Below, in pieces: positions 40,206-53,968 of a DNA stretch of 64,000 nucleotides; within the stretch, counting starts at the first letter, position 1; the number at the start of each line of letters is the position of its first letter. The notes under the pieces were generated by a model. It saw nothing but the letters and a program-made list of their open reading frames with translations. It was not told the origin of the DNA and did not search any database. The position numbers were made by a program, and so were the translations under genes. The DNA comes from Chiloscyllium plagiosum (taxonomy: Eukaryota). The stretch lies in contig NC_057712.1 in NCBI RefSeq assembly GCF_004010195.1, forward strand, positions 89,697,143-89,761,142, read 5' to 3'.

Positions 40206-41867
40206 AGAGAGTCATATCATGATGTGGCTGAGTTCATCAGTTAAAAAGGCTAGCGATTTATTCCTCTATCAATAATTCTTATCAACTGCCCAGGGAAACA
40301 GGACAAAAAAAATAATTTAAAAGGTTGAGAAATTTGCAAGTTTAACCATTCATTATTTGCAGTCTTAGCAAAGTAGCTGCAGGAACGTTTTGAGGTTCAG
40401 TTTCAATAAAGAATGTCCACAGATTTACATTTCTTCCTGAACTGGTTCAAGTACTTCCTTAATAACCTGTCCTGCAGCTATATCTTGAGTAATGACATCA
40501 CATCAGCACTATCAATAATCTGCTGGTCTCAACCTTGAAATTGGGAACCAGGGAAGACCACTCAGCTCTTTGAGCCTGCTCTGTCATTCAATCTAATTAT
40601 GGCTGAACATCCAGTTCTGACACTGTTCCTGCTTTCTCCACATAGACTTTGCTTCTTTTAACAGCAATGTCTTTGATGGCCAGATACCTCATAATTCCTT
40701 CAGGACCCGGTCTCCAAATGTGTCCTCCACAGACAGAGTCACAAAACACCTCCTCTGCCCTTCTCCTTTCCAGCTAATCCATGGGAATTCTGTGCCACTG
40801 ATCTATTTAAATGTTAGGGGATGGCTTTTCTCATCCTGGTTGGCTATTACTTTCAATGGTTTTCAGGTACAAGAGCTCTAACAGCCTACCCTCGAAGCCA
40901 TTATGAATCCTATGCTTCACACTTATGGAATCCTGTTGTAATTGTTTCTAATAGCACATGACAATTTTTCATTAAGTGTGTGAATGCTGAGAGTGAGAGT
41001 GAGCCAGAAACACAGGCACACCCCACCTCCTTCTCATCTCTCCCCCAAAACTTAGGGATGGTGACAGGAAAAACCCAGGACGTAAATGTGAATTCATGTG
41101 AATTTCACCAGAATTGTAAATTCAGTTTTGTTGAACCCAATCCATCTCAGCTCTGATCTTTATCCCTTTCCTGGTGATCAGGACTCCATCTTTTTAAAAT
41201 CTCCCTACCTTGACTCCTTAAACAACAAGGCAAAGGAAGTTTTAATAGCTGGCTCTGCTGTTTGCTACTTTTTCTACTGGTAATTTTTATTAACTATTCA
41301 TTCATTTAAATTACTATTTTAATGCTTTGAAATTCTTTTTCTCTGAACTTCCTGTTGTGTCAAACCTTGTCTTTCTGAAATTTTCTCTCTGGCACAGCCA
41401 AGCGAGATAAAAATCGAAATGAGGTTCCCCACGTGGATAGGCTAGGCAGCCCTGATTTAACTGTGATCAACAACCACTCTACACATTACAGAAGGGCTTG
41501 GCTCCCTGACAACTTGTGATAGTACAAGCCCAACTTCCCTCTCTTTCCTCTGCATTAACTCCCAGCTTCACTGTAGAATGATGAACAACATGACAGACAG
41601 AAGAAAATTGTAGGGCAAACTGAGCTTGCATCTTCAACCACAGACATACGGCTCTTGATCTGCCCACATTGGAAAGGGGAGTGCAGATATCAGTGCAAGG
41701 GCACAATGATTGAGAAACCTTAAAATCACATCTAGTCCAAACACCAAATATCATCATTTGAAGAAACAGGAGTGTCTTGATTTCACCAAAAAAAGAAGAC
41801 TGTAGGTGGCCTGCACATTCTGATCCTCTGGAGGAAACTGTGATAACACAGACACTAACAACAGCCT

Positions 41868-42230
41868 TATAGAAGTTTATAAACTATCAAGGAGTCTAGA
41901 TAGGATTAATGGTAGTTGTCTTTTCCCTAGAATGGGGGATTTCAAGATCAGAAGGCACATTTTTAAGGTGAGAGGAGAGAGATTTTAAAAAGACATGAGG
42001 AACAAATGTTTTACAGAGAGGATAGTTCCCATGTGGAATGAAATTCCTGAGGAAGTGATGGATGTGGTTACAATTGCAATATTTAAAAGACATTTGGATA
42101 AGTACATGAATAGGAAAGGTTTGGAGGGATATGGGCCAGGAGCAGACAGGTGGGACTAGTTTAATTTGGGATTTTGTTCAGCATGGACTGGTTGTGTCAA
42201 AGGGTCTGTTTCCCTGCTACATGACTCTAC
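41868..42230 (+). mobile_element. HER1/CR1 LINE 3' fragment
   Basis: LIEVYK...WNEIPEEV...YMNRKGLEGYGPG plus 3' UTR. Confidence 0.88.
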
Positions 42231-42377
42231 AACATCTTCAGTGAAGTAGCTTGAATTGTGCAGATTCTCCTCAGAAGGGACTCTATATTCAAGAAGATTT
42301 TCAACTCATCTCACAGACTTTCCCTTTAAAGAATGGAGACTTTGATGTGGGGGTTGAAGGTAGGTGTAGGTAGTTTT

Positions 42378-42547
42378 GACAGCATCCAAGGAACAGGAAA
42401 ATCAATATTTCGGGCAAAAGCCCTTCATCAGGAATGCCCAAAATGTCGATTTTCCTGCTCCTCGGATGCTGCCTGACCTGCTGTGCTTTTTCAGCACCAC
42501 TCTGATCTTGACTCTAATCTCCAGCATCTGCAGTATCCACTTCTGCC
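42378..42547 (+). mobile_element. Penelope-derived hairpin insertion, family A-related
   Basis: Inverted arm ending cttcatcaggaat; diverged TSD taggtgtaggtagtt / taggtatgggcagtt. Confidence 0.8.
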
Positions 42548-44357
42548 TAGGTATGGGCAGTTGTTTATATCGTAATAAAGATTGTGGGGAGATATGGAGT
42601 AAAAGATATCACTCCTGTAATAATAGCAACTTTTTGTCTCTATCCTTGTATGTGATGTGGGCATTACTGGCAAAGCTTGCATTTATTAACCATCGCTAGA
42701 CTGAGTGGCTTTCTAGCCATCTCAGAGGACAATGAGAAGTCAACACATATTCATGTGGGTCTGGAGTCACGTGTAGGCCAGACCAGATAAGGGCGGCAAA
42801 TTTCCTTCCTTAAAGGGCATCAGTAAACCAGAAGGGTTGAGGAACTTTTAGCTCCATTTTATTTTTAATTGAACTCAAATGTAATTGCCTGTCATGGTGA
42901 AATTGAAACCCATATCTCTAGAACATTACCTTAAGGTTAAGGTTATTAGTCCAGTGATTTTACCATTGCACCACTGCCTCTCTAGCTCATTCAACAAATA
43001 TATATGGAGCTTTATCATAATGGTATCAGGTCACATGGAATTGGACCTAGGTCTATAGGGTTCCAGACATGTGTCCTCCTCCCTTCTCCTTCATATAGTC
43101 ACAGTTAACAAACAATGTTGATCTCTGACATGAGTATAGATTACTTTCTATCATATTTCAGACATGATCTCACTACAGGAATCCGTGATTCAGGTGTTAC
43201 TTATTGAAAATTGTCATTGTGTGTTACTTACATGTCGCGAATCTTATCTGCCATTTTGCAGCTCAGGATGGTGTTCATATCGTACTGGGCCCTGGAATGA
43301 GCGGCTTTATTATTGCAATACTTAGGAATAGAAATGGAAACTGTGGAATCATTATGTTTGGAAGAAGAGTAGTGATGATACAGCCACTGATGGCTGGGGC
43401 AGACAACACTGTCATGAGCTCCTGCAGTTTATCCATGATTTTCAGTCATAGACCTTAACGTGTTTAAAGAGTGAGAGGCATATACAATTGTGTTAATGTG
43501 GAATGGCCCATATTGTCTCATAGATGCATTATTTTTGAGCTCCTAGTTTTGTCTTTGGTTTGTCCAACTGAGCACAGTAATACTATTTTGTTGAACATTG
43601 CTAATGTTGAAATGAAACTTTGTTTTTGCAACTCCTGGCTGCTGATCACTGTTACCATTAAAATAAACAAATATCACAAAAAGATCATCAGGATGCCTTT
43701 TTAATAAACGCTTTCGAATATATATTACCCTCATTGTTCAGTTACCACATGTAGTTGAGTTATCAACCATCATAATTAGTTATAATACGTCAAAAATCTT
43801 TCAAATAATGAACAACCTTCTTCCAATATACATAGTTCATTACATCTAACTTTTATAAATGCTGAAATTGGAGTTGATAGAGAAATATATAAAGATTAGC
43901 AAATAATAAAATAAACATTTTATTAAATAATAGTGTATCCAGGAATTTCTATACAGAATGGCAAAATTAACTAAAGATTGTGCAAAATGGATTCATTCCT
44001 TCTGACCACACACACACACACATCTCAGAACATAGTTGAGGGTCTAAATATTTTCTTGTAAAATTATGGCCTATAATTGCCTAATAGTCATCACTTCCCA
44101 CAATAATTTGAACTGCAGAACAGAAGGTGCACAATTAAAGATCCTTGGGCTCATTGCCATATGAGTGAGAACAGCTGGTCAGCAAGCCATGTCATTCCAA
44201 ATCTTTGCAGGAGAACACAAGATGATCAGGCTACATTAATTATAGTATAAATGCTCTTGGCAAGTGATCAGGTAAATTCAAAGCTAACCTCAGTACTATG
44301 CATTTAATATTCTAGTAAGGCGAACCATTGGTGTAAACCACTTGGGTGGCATGATGA

Positions 44358-44586
44358 CACATTCTCTCCGTGTCTTCGTGGGTTTCCTCTGGTGCTCCGG
44401 TTTCCTCCCACCGTCCAAAGATGTGCAGTTTAGGTGAATTGGCCATGCTAAATTGCCCTTAGTGTTAAGTATATTAGTCAGGGGTAAATGTAGGGGAATA
44501 GGTCTGGATGGGTTGCTCTTCAGAGGGTCGATGTGGACTTGTTGGGCCGAAGGGCCTGTTTCCACACTGTAGGGAATCTAATCTAA
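44358..44586 (+). mobile_element. 5'-truncated HE1-type SINE
   Basis: HE1 core and tail without the tRNA head. Confidence 0.88.
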
Positions 44587-45248
44587 ATATGTCTCCTGCA
44601 TGCTATGTACGATGAGGTAAGAGCTTATTGATATAAGTGGAAACTGCTGTTAATACCAAATATTAGGATAGTTTGTTACTGCTAAATGTTTAGGTTAGAA
44701 GTTATAGATTGTGATGGTATTACGTGAATATTCAACTGGAACAGTTAACTGGTTCATGTAATGTTCCTTTACCTGTCATTTTCACGTACATTCATCTCTA
44801 TATTTTAATTGTGAACTGTTTCAATTGCTCATATTTTTCTAATCTATGGTCATTACCCTTAAATTTATTGCTGAGGTACTGTATAAAAGAAAAGGCCTCT
44901 GCTCAACCAGCACAGAGTACAATCTGCAGAGTGGAGTGTGAGAGTTAGGTGAGTATGGGAGTCAGGTGAGTTTGGGAATTAGGTGAGGTGTGAGACTGAG
45001 ATTTTTCTTATTTTCTGCAGTCTCATTTTCCAAACTACTTGCACAGATCAGTGAAAGCAAGAGCAGACCACAGTCCTAGAGCTGAGAGATTATTAAGGGA
45101 TTAACTAAGAAGCACCAGGGATAAGTAAAAGTCAGAGAATAAGAGAAGGAGACTAAAGTTAAAGTGAAGGAGTATCTTTAATATTAAGTAATTACAGATG
45201 AGTATGGACCTCCCCGACCCTCACTTCAGCAACTCAACACTCTTCACT

Positions 45249-45313
45249 GGTGGGGTTGGGCGGAAGGGTGTGGGGTGGGGTGGGGTGGGGTGGGGTGGGG
45301 GGGTTGGTAGGGA
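45249..45313 (+). repeat. (GGGGT)n microsatellite with G-quadruplex potential
   Basis: Multiple G4 runs separated by single T. Confidence 0.8.
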
Positions 45314-45814
45314 TGTCCATGAATGGAAAGTTAAAACAGTTAACTGCCTCAGTTGGCCATCATCGTAATTTCATCAACCTTCCTACTCTATATTTGAATG
45401 TAGGGAGATGAATCGGTGGAAGGATCTCTTCCCTGTTCTTTTTTATCTACTCACTCCCAGCCTCTGTAGTTGCTTCTGCTGATAGGGACAGGGGTAATTC
45501 CATTCAGCTCCTTACTTTGGGCATTGCACTTTAGGAAGCATGCCAGAGGAATTTGGAGAGATTGCTGGAAAGATTGACTGGAATGCTACCAAGGACTTCA
45601 GTTTGAATGGGGAAACTGAGGTTATTCTCTACAAAACAGAGGAGCTTGACAGCACATTTTACAGAATCACAGCATCATTACAGCAGAGAAGGAGGCCATT
45701 CAGCCCATTACTCCTGCATCAGTTCTATTACCTCGTGCCAACCTGCTGCTTTTTCCCCATATCCCTGTAACACCATTTCTATCCAAACAAATCATCCAAA
45801 ACTCTCTTAAATGA

Positions 45815-46205
45815 CTAATTTGACAGAGATGTTCAAAATCAGGAATTGTTTTGATAAATAAATAAAGAGAAACTGATTGTAGTGACAAAAGGGTTGGTAA
45901 CTAGAAGACGCAGACTTAAATTGATTGACTAATGAAACAGAGGTGCCATGAGGAAACATGACAAGATGGGGCTAGAATCAGACAAGATTCCAACAAGAGT
46001 TTTCCAAGTGGGTTCCAAGTGCTTGAAAAAGTGATGAAAACAAATACAAACCAGAATTGGCGAAAAAAAAAAAAATTGCTTGAAGGAAAACATATATAGG
46101 ATTTGGACGATAGAGCAGATGAATTGTATAGTTCTATTCAAAACCCAACATAAGTACATTGTGTCAAATGGCCATCTCTTTTCCTGCTACTTTCTTTGAT
46201 TCCAT
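45815..46205 (+). mobile_element. Degraded CR1 3' fragment
   Basis: LTEMFKI...TRRRRLKL remnants and 3' UTR. Confidence 0.55.
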
Positions 46206-47165
46206 GATACAAATGTAAAATTTCTTCACCTAGTTTAACTTTAAAACATTATATTGCTTATTTTCAATCCAGACAGTTTTGCACTTTGAAAAAAACATTT
46301 CTAAACATTATGGTGTTGGTTTACTTTGTAGCCAACTAACAGCCTGACCAGTGATAACCAGAAGCATCCAAAATCGTCCAAATAACATGTGTAAGGTGTC
46401 TAAGTGGGAATGGAGAACTGGCACATGTTCAAACTTGTTGGAAGTACACAAAGTGACATGATACCCCGATTAATAAATGTACCCACAGTAGACTAAGCAT
46501 TGATTACATCAGTGATGACTTCTTAAAAGTATTTGATTAGTTTTAAAGTGCCTTGAGATGTTCTGAGGTGGTTGAAGCTATAAATGCAGCACGTTTGACT
46601 GAAGGATCTGTTTCCGTGCTGTATGACAATGACTGCATGGGTCTTCCTTTCTGTCTTTCAATTCTATCCATGTGAAATGTTTATTGGATGATATTGATTA
46701 ATGACTTGCTATTTGCCCTATAATTAATGCACTCTGTCCATTTCAATTTGAGTGACCAATCCATTATTGATGTAAACACAGCTTACAAAAGTGATGCTGG
46801 AAATCTGAAATGAAAACAAAAGAAGATGGATGCAATGACTCAGCAGGACAGTCAGCATCTTAGTGACAAAGTTAATGTTTGGGTTGTTCATCAGAACAGA
46901 ATAAAAATAGAAATGCAAGAGCTAAAACTTACGTCTATTTGGCCAAGTGTCAGTTTTGTTGAGTAATTTTGAAGGGTTGCTGGTTGTAAGCTCTAGCAAG
47001 ATCTCTCACTGTATCTTACAAAACTCATGTTACTAACTACCTGTCCCAGCCTATAGTAGCCCTCTTGTCTGATTCTAGCCCCATCTTGCCATGTACATTC
47101 CTCAATTGATTCACCACTGTTGCAGTATCTTAGAATTGACTGGCATCTTGGTACTGTCATCGCCA

Positions 47166-47476
47166 AGGTGGCTCAGTGCTTAGCACTGCTGCCTCACAGC
47201 ACCAAGAGAGCTGGGTTCAGTTCCTGCCTTGGGTGACTGTCTGTGTGGAGTTTGCACATTCTCCCCGTGTCTGTGCGGATTTCCTCCGGGTGCTCTTGTT
47301 TCCTCCCACGATTCAAAGATGTTCAGGCCAGGTGAATTGGCCATGCTAAATTGTCCCATAGCATTAGGCGTATTAGTCAGGGTGGGGGAATGCGTCCGGG
47401 TAGGTTGCTCTTTGGAGGGTCGGTGTGGACGTGTTGGGCTGAAGGGCCTGTTTCCACACTGTAGGTAATCTAATCT
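47166..47476 (+). mobile_element. HE1-type SINE
   Basis: HE1 head, core and tail. Confidence 0.9.
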
Positions 47477-47549
47477 TCTTTAAAAGACCACACTGCACCT
47501 AGACAAGAGATGCTAGTCAGCAGAGTTCCTGACATCTTTCCCAGACAAG

Positions 47550-47790
47550 GCAGACAAGAGAAATCCGGCATCCTGTTTTTAAGGTAGGGACCTGAAGTAC
47601 TGCTGGACAGGGTGGCGCAGAGAAGGGATGTTCTCTTCCCTCAGGACCATGTGGCGGTCACAATGCCTGACCATGCCAGCTTGGTTCAAGGCTGTCAAAT
47701 GGCTCAGTACAGTCTCAGCCACATAGACGAATATGCAGCAATGTAGGAAGGGGGTCAATGAACTTCTCCACTTCACCAGCAAAAGTGCTA
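47550..47790 (+). mobile_element. Harbinger-type Myb/SANT-like ORF remnant
   Basis: Frameshifted VLLDRVAQRRDVLFP...PAWFKAV...QQCRKGVNELL. Confidence 0.65.
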
Positions 47791-49579
47791 CCATCTATCT
47801 CTGATACCTCACACTTACTCTATCTCTGCTGCTGTATCCACTTCCTACCATGTTACTAACACACTGTCACTATTCCCTGCAGCATCTTCTCTCACTGTCA
47901 TCCACACCATCAGCACTAACCTAGCATATCTCTGTGGTGTCTACTCACTTGCTTGGGATACACCCTCCTCTGCACCAAAAGTAACCCCCCTTTCCTTAAC
48001 ATCACTTTCACCTCCTTAATTCAATCTTTTCTCACATTCCAGGAGGTAATCACCATCCAGTGGGCTAGAAGGAGTCAAGGTGGTCAGTGAGCTGCACATC
48101 ATTTTGTTCCTACCCCTTATTTGGAGAAGATCCGCACTCTGTTCACCTTGAATAAAATTGGAAATCTCAATGGGCAAAGGGGAAGAGCTTTAAAATAATA
48201 GTGCAAAATACCAGGCTGGGAAGAATATAAGTAAAAAGGTGTACTTAACCTTCAAAACAAGCTTCACCGAGCAGGCTCAATGAGGCAGGGCTATCATAGA
48301 TGGAACAAAAGCTAAAACATTAATTTATATCAAGGCAGCAATAGCAGAAAAGTCACAGAGTACATTAAAGATGATCAAAAAGCAATTTAAAGGTTTTCAA
48401 AGGTACAGTCGACTGGAAGAGGACAATTTGAAGAAGATTATGATTGTGACAACATTGTGACATTCATAATTTAGACCATAGTTATTGAGGGAAGATTTAT
48501 TACTGCCATAGCCAAAGCAATTTATTTTTTCAATGAGCTGTACATTGTGTTTTAGAACGTAAATGTTGGTGAATGCCCACTTTGCTGGTGAAGAAGCAGA
48601 AAACCTCAATTTTGCCTGTAGGAGGTGGGAATATTCCTGTTTAAAATGTGGGAAACCCCCATTAAGAAGGACAGAGATTTAGAGTTTTTTTTTAGTAGCA
48701 TTTGAAACTTAATGTATGTAAAACACTTCAGCATTATGTCACTCCACACTAGGGAAATACGTTGGAAATTAAGCATCATTGCAAAAGTAAAAGATTTTAT
48801 CAATGTACACAAAATTCCATAAGTCACCTGTTTTTATGATCCAGGCTAATAGAAAGTAAGCACCAAGGTTCTGTGCTTAACAAGCATTACTATTTATTAC
48901 AAATAAATAGATTTTAGTTACAGGTAAACAATATGAACTATTGACATATAATGCTACTAGTTAAAACCTATCCCTTTATAACCACCAGCGCCCTCCACCA
49001 CCACCCCACATATACACACATACAAACAGACACAGAGATGCAAAGAAACAATACATTGGTGAAGAGAAAAACTGGTAAGACAGTTCAAGGATCCCTGTCC
49101 TGAGGGTTTGCTAAGATGATCCTTTCAGCATGACAGAACGTGTTGCTCCTCAATTTCTCTTCTTCAGGCACTTTCACTTGCTTACAGGATCCACAAGAGC
49201 TATTGGTTCACTCTGACTTAGTTGGTTAAAAGCAATATCCTACAGCAAGTGGTGAAGGAAAATACATTGGCTTTCTTCAGGTTTTAGGTATTTTCTACTG
49301 TTGTGACAGACACCACCTCCTTTTCTGGAGATCTGAGGGTTTCTGCTTACATTGTTCAGAATATGCAAACTCCACACACACAGATAGTTACCCATGGATG
49401 GAATTGAACCCGGGTCCCTGGCATTGTGAAGCAGTGGTGCTAGTCACTGAGTCACCGTGCTGCTCTATTTACACCCACAAACTCTTCAACTACCCAGGAG
49501 CCAATCAAAGAGTGTTGATAGGCAGGAAGTTTTTGTCATCAACAACTGGTCACCATTCCACAAACCAATTGAATCACCA

Positions 49580-49870
49580 TAGAATCCTTATTGTGTCGAA
49601 GCACACCATTTGGCCCATTGTGTCCTTCAAACAGCATTTACTGATATAACCCTGCACTTCCTATGGCTAATCCACCATCTCTGGACATATGGGCAATTTC
49701 CCATGGCCAATCCACTAACTTGCATATCTTTGGACTATGGGAAGAAACCAGAGGAAACCCACACAGACACAGGGAGAATGTGCAAACTCCACGCAGACAG
49801 TTGCCCAAGGTTGAAATTGAACCTGGGTCCCTGGTGCTGTGAGGTAGCAGTGCTAACCAGTGAGCCATCA
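49580..49870 (-). mobile_element. HE1-type SINE
   Basis: Reverse HE1; an additional head fragment lies at about 49360-49460. Confidence 0.85.
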
Positions 49871-50149
49871 TGATGCCCACTTGCGCCTGACCAAATCTCA
49901 TTGTGTACACACTTTCTGATTCTGATCCATCTGTAGAAATATACCCCCAAAACTTGAACAAGCACAGTGTAAACAAATTTATAGTAAATGTTGGCAGTTT
50001 ACTTTTAAAGAGTACAGTAATTCTTTCCACAATCCTTGCCTGTTTTAAAAACAGTGTTTCTCCTTTCAGTCAACAACCAAAAATACAATAAAAACTGAAT
50101 TTTATTTTGCAATTGCCTCAACATTTTTACCATTGTACAATTCCATTAT

Positions 50150-50478
50150 GGGCAGCCCAGTGGGTCAGTAGTTAGCACTGTTGCCTCCTAGTACCAGGGA
50201 CCCAGGTGCGATTCCATTCTCGGATAGCTGTCTGTGTGGAGTTTGCGCATGCTCCCTGTGTCTGTGTGGATTTTCTCCAGGTGCTCCAGGTTTCCTTCTG
50301 CAGTATGAAGATGTGCAGGTTAGGTGGACTGGCCATGATAAATGCCTCGTAGTGTCCAGGGATGTGCAGGCTCGGGTTAGGATTGGGAGTGTGGGGTAAC
50401 AGAGATACGGTAGGGGTGGGAGGGTCTGAGTGGAGTGTTGTGGTGGGCTGAATGGACTGCTTCCATGTTGTAGAGATT
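50150..50478 (+). mobile_element. HE1-type SINE (diverged)
   Basis: HE1 head and core, with gattctatgattct tail. Confidence 0.85.
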
Positions 50479-52700
50479 CTATGATTCTAAAGCAAAATCT
50501 AAAACTTATTTGGAAGAATAACATAAACATTGCTATAATATAGAGTTCAAAAGATGTATATACAAAATATATACTCAATATTATTATTATACATAGTTTG
50601 AACATTTGATAAGACTTTAAGACAAATTATTTTTATGCGAAACTTACAAGCTTTAGTACCATCATGATTTATCTATTTTAGACTCATTAGATCTTTGAGG
50701 AAAACAGAAAAAAAACTGCATTGCAATGTTACAGTTTCTTTTAAAACAAACTTTAAAACAGAAAAAAATAACTGCTTTGAGAAGAAATTACTAGAGAAAC
50801 AATATTGCCAACAAAATTTAATGTCAGAGATATATCAAGCAGAACACAGAATTGGACATCTTGGAGAAAAATGTTCTTAAGATACAGAATTGCTTCAAAA
50901 CTAAATATTATATCTCAAATTTAGCAAGTGAACATACCATTGTATTCAGTAGTCTCATTGTAGGTAATGTTATGGATTGCAAATTATAAAAAGCATTGGT
51001 ATTTTTGGAGAAATTCAGCCACTTTTGCTAATTGTTTCAATTTGGGAACTAAAAAATATTCTTGCAAGACAAAGATTTAACAAAATAACTCAGCATCCAG
51101 AGAAAACCACAAATAATTTCAGAAAAAAGAACATATTTGTGGAAACTATGGATCTTTGAGATCAGAAATCTTAAGTGACAAACTTGTCACTAGAGTGATT
51201 CATGAGTCTTTGTCATATTTCTTGTCATTCTGGGAAGATTTGACTTTGGTTCAAGCTATTCAAATTTGCTGTGATAGAAATTGGAAAGACTGAAAGCAAA
51301 TCCTGAGAGGAGAAGTACAACATTTCCACAGGAGACCAACAGAATCTGACTACTTGAAAGGGTGATCAAAATACATATGTGAAAAGCCAACATAAAGACT
51401 CAGCCAAGCAGCAGGTTCAAAGATCAATGCTATGAAACAAAAAAAAAGCCTCACAAGCACAAGCAGCACCCAGTTATTGCAAAAAAAAATTGCATCTGTA
51501 GAACAGTCAGTTATTCCAGAAAGTGTGCAGAAGCTAAATATAATTTCAAAGCAGGAAAGAAGCCAAATACTTTCTCAGGCAATGAGGTTAATGCAGGAGA
51601 AAATCTTATTTAGAAATTATATCCATATAGAACAATACATCTCCACTAAAAATATATGTAAATCATTCCTAGTGGAAATTTATGATCGAACAAATTCTAA
51701 TTTGACAGAATCTGTCTATGTCAATAGATTTGCCATTAATTTTCAGTTTGTAGCAGGTGAAAGTGTCACTGAGCTATTAAATCAAATGTTATGGCTGAAG
51801 AAACAGGAGTTATAAATTATAAAAGTGAAATTATATACGGAAGAAAGTGGAACCATCTCAAGAGCAAAGGTATGCTGCACAAAAAGTATAAGCGAGTTGG
51901 AAATATTTACATAATTTGCAAAGAGCATTGTCATTTTTAAGCCTGCATGCATATATTGAACTCAACATCCTTAAAATAGCAGAAAATGCTCAATTGGTTC
52001 CAACAAAACAAATGGTCCAGGAATAAACTATTGTCCACCAACTGGTAGAGGATTTAATTGGGTTTCTTTGACTCATAGCAGAACTCAAAATGAAGAAAGA
52101 GTCTATTGAGATTATATACATTGGCAAAAGGCAATTATTTTATATTGTCAACTGGAAGGGAGTCACAGACTTCAAAAAAAATTATTTTCTATTCCTATCA
52201 TTACTAAAGATATTCAGACAATAGCAGTCAGTAAAGATTGCCTGTGAAAATTCTGCTCCTTTAACAAGGTTATTTTGCCCTTTTTTTGAGAGGGGTCATA
52301 AAGGCAAAAGTGCTGATATGTCTGAACAGGCTACTTTAATGATGGCAAACAGATACAGCCTAAGGCAACAATCAGGGAAAAAGGCTTTTAGGTTTTTTAA
52401 AAAGACACTTGTACAATGAAAGGGGAGTGGCCAGTTTTTATAGTTCAGGGATTTTTCGATTTTGGTTTAGTTTGACGCTTCTAGTCAAAGAAAGCTGTTG
52501 GGGAGAAAGCTTCCTTGATTCAACAAAGGTTTTCTGGCTGACACTCTCTCTGACATCTCTCCCATAAGAATCTGTGTTTGATTTTACCTTTTTTTGACAA
52601 GGGGGTGTTTATGGGGATGTTGCAAGAAATCAGAACAGCATCATTAGGTTGTGGTAGAGTCACTTGTGTTTTCAGATAGGTTAGATTATTCTATATTCTG

Positions 52701-53968
52701 GATTAGTGGTGCTGGAAGAGCACAGCAGTTCAGGCAGCATCCAAGGAGCAGCGAAATCGACATTTCGGGCGCCACATTGTGCTCCCGCAAGGAGGTTGAG
52801 CAATTCATCAACTTCACCGACATTTTCCACCCTGACCTTAAATTTACCTGGACCATCTCTGACACCTCCCTCCCCTTCCTGGACCTCTCCATCTCCATTA
52901 ATGACGACCAACTTGACACTGACATTTTTTACAAACCCACCGACTCCCAGAGCTACCTGGATTACACCTCTTCCTACCCTACCTCTTGCAAAAAAGCCAT
53001 CCCGTATTCCCAATTCCTCCGCCTCTGCCGTATCTGCTCCCAGGAGGACCAGTTCCACCACAGAACACACCAGATGGCCTCCTTCTTTAGAGACCGCAAT
53101 TTCCCTTCCCACGTGGTTAAAGATGCCCTCCAACACATCTCGTCTACATCCTGCACCTCCGCCCTCAGACCCNNNNNNNNNNNNNNNNNNNNNNNNNNNN
53201 NNNNNNNNNNNNNNNNNNNNNNNNNNNNNNNNNNNNNNNNNNNNNNNNNNNNNNNNNNNNNNNNNNNNNNNNNNNNNNNNNNNNNNNNNNNNNNNNNNNN
53301 NNNNNNNNNNNNNNNNNNNNNNNNNNNNNNNNNNNNNNNNNNNNNNNNNNNNNNNNNNNNNNNNNNNNNNNNNNNNNNNNNNNNNNNNNNNNNNNNNNNN
53401 NNNNNNNNNNNNNNNNNNNNNNNNNNNNNNNNNNNNNNNNNNNNNNNNNNNNNNNNNNNNNNNNNNNNNNNNNNNNNNNNNNNNNNNNNNNNNNNNNNNN
53501 NNNNNNNNNNNNNNNNNNNNNNNNNNNNNNNNNNNNNNNNNNNNNNNNNNNNNNNNNNNNNNNNNNNNNNNNNNNNNNNNNNNNNNNNNNNNNNNNNNNN
53601 NNNNNNNNNNNNNNNNNNNNNNNNNNNNNNNNNNNNNNNNNNNNNNNNNNNNNNNNNNNNNNNNNNNNNNNNNNNNNNNNNNNNNNNNNNNNNNNNNNNN
53701 NNNNNNNNNNNNNNNNNNNNNNNNNNNNNNNNNNNNNNNNNNNNNNNNNNNNNNNNNNNNNNNNNNNNNNNNNNNNNNNNNNNNNNNNNNNNNNNNNNNN
53801 NNNNNNNNNNNNNNNCACTTCAGGCTCACTGCCTTTATTCCTGATGAAGGGCCTTTGCCCGAAACATCGATTTCGCTGCTCCTTGGATGCTGCCTGAACT
53901 GCTGTGCTCTTCCAGCACCACTGATCCAGAATCTGGTCTCCAGCATCTGCAGTCATTGTTTTTACCTC
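52701..53968 (+). mobile_element. 5'-truncated Penelope-like element (probably Neptune group) with inverted 5' pLTR
   Basis: RT/thumb ORF LPFLDLSI...TDIFYKPTDSQSYLDYTSSYP..CKKAIPYSQFLRLCRICS; TSD tattctatattctg at 52687-52700 and 53969-53982; N gap 53173-53815. Confidence 0.92.
53837..53872 (+). ncRNA. Minimal hammerhead ribozyme motif in Penelope pLTR
   Basis: attc-CTGATGA-A-GGGC-cttt-GCCC-GAAA-CATC-gatt (CATC is probably CpG-decayed CGTC). Confidence 0.7.

Noticed and set aside
48825-50123. Possible additional solo LTR interrupted by HE1 copies
   Set aside because: LTR-like composition, but no TSD or second copy could be confirmed
51432-51815. 127-aa ORF
   Set aside because: A-rich low-complexity sequence with no motif or splice support
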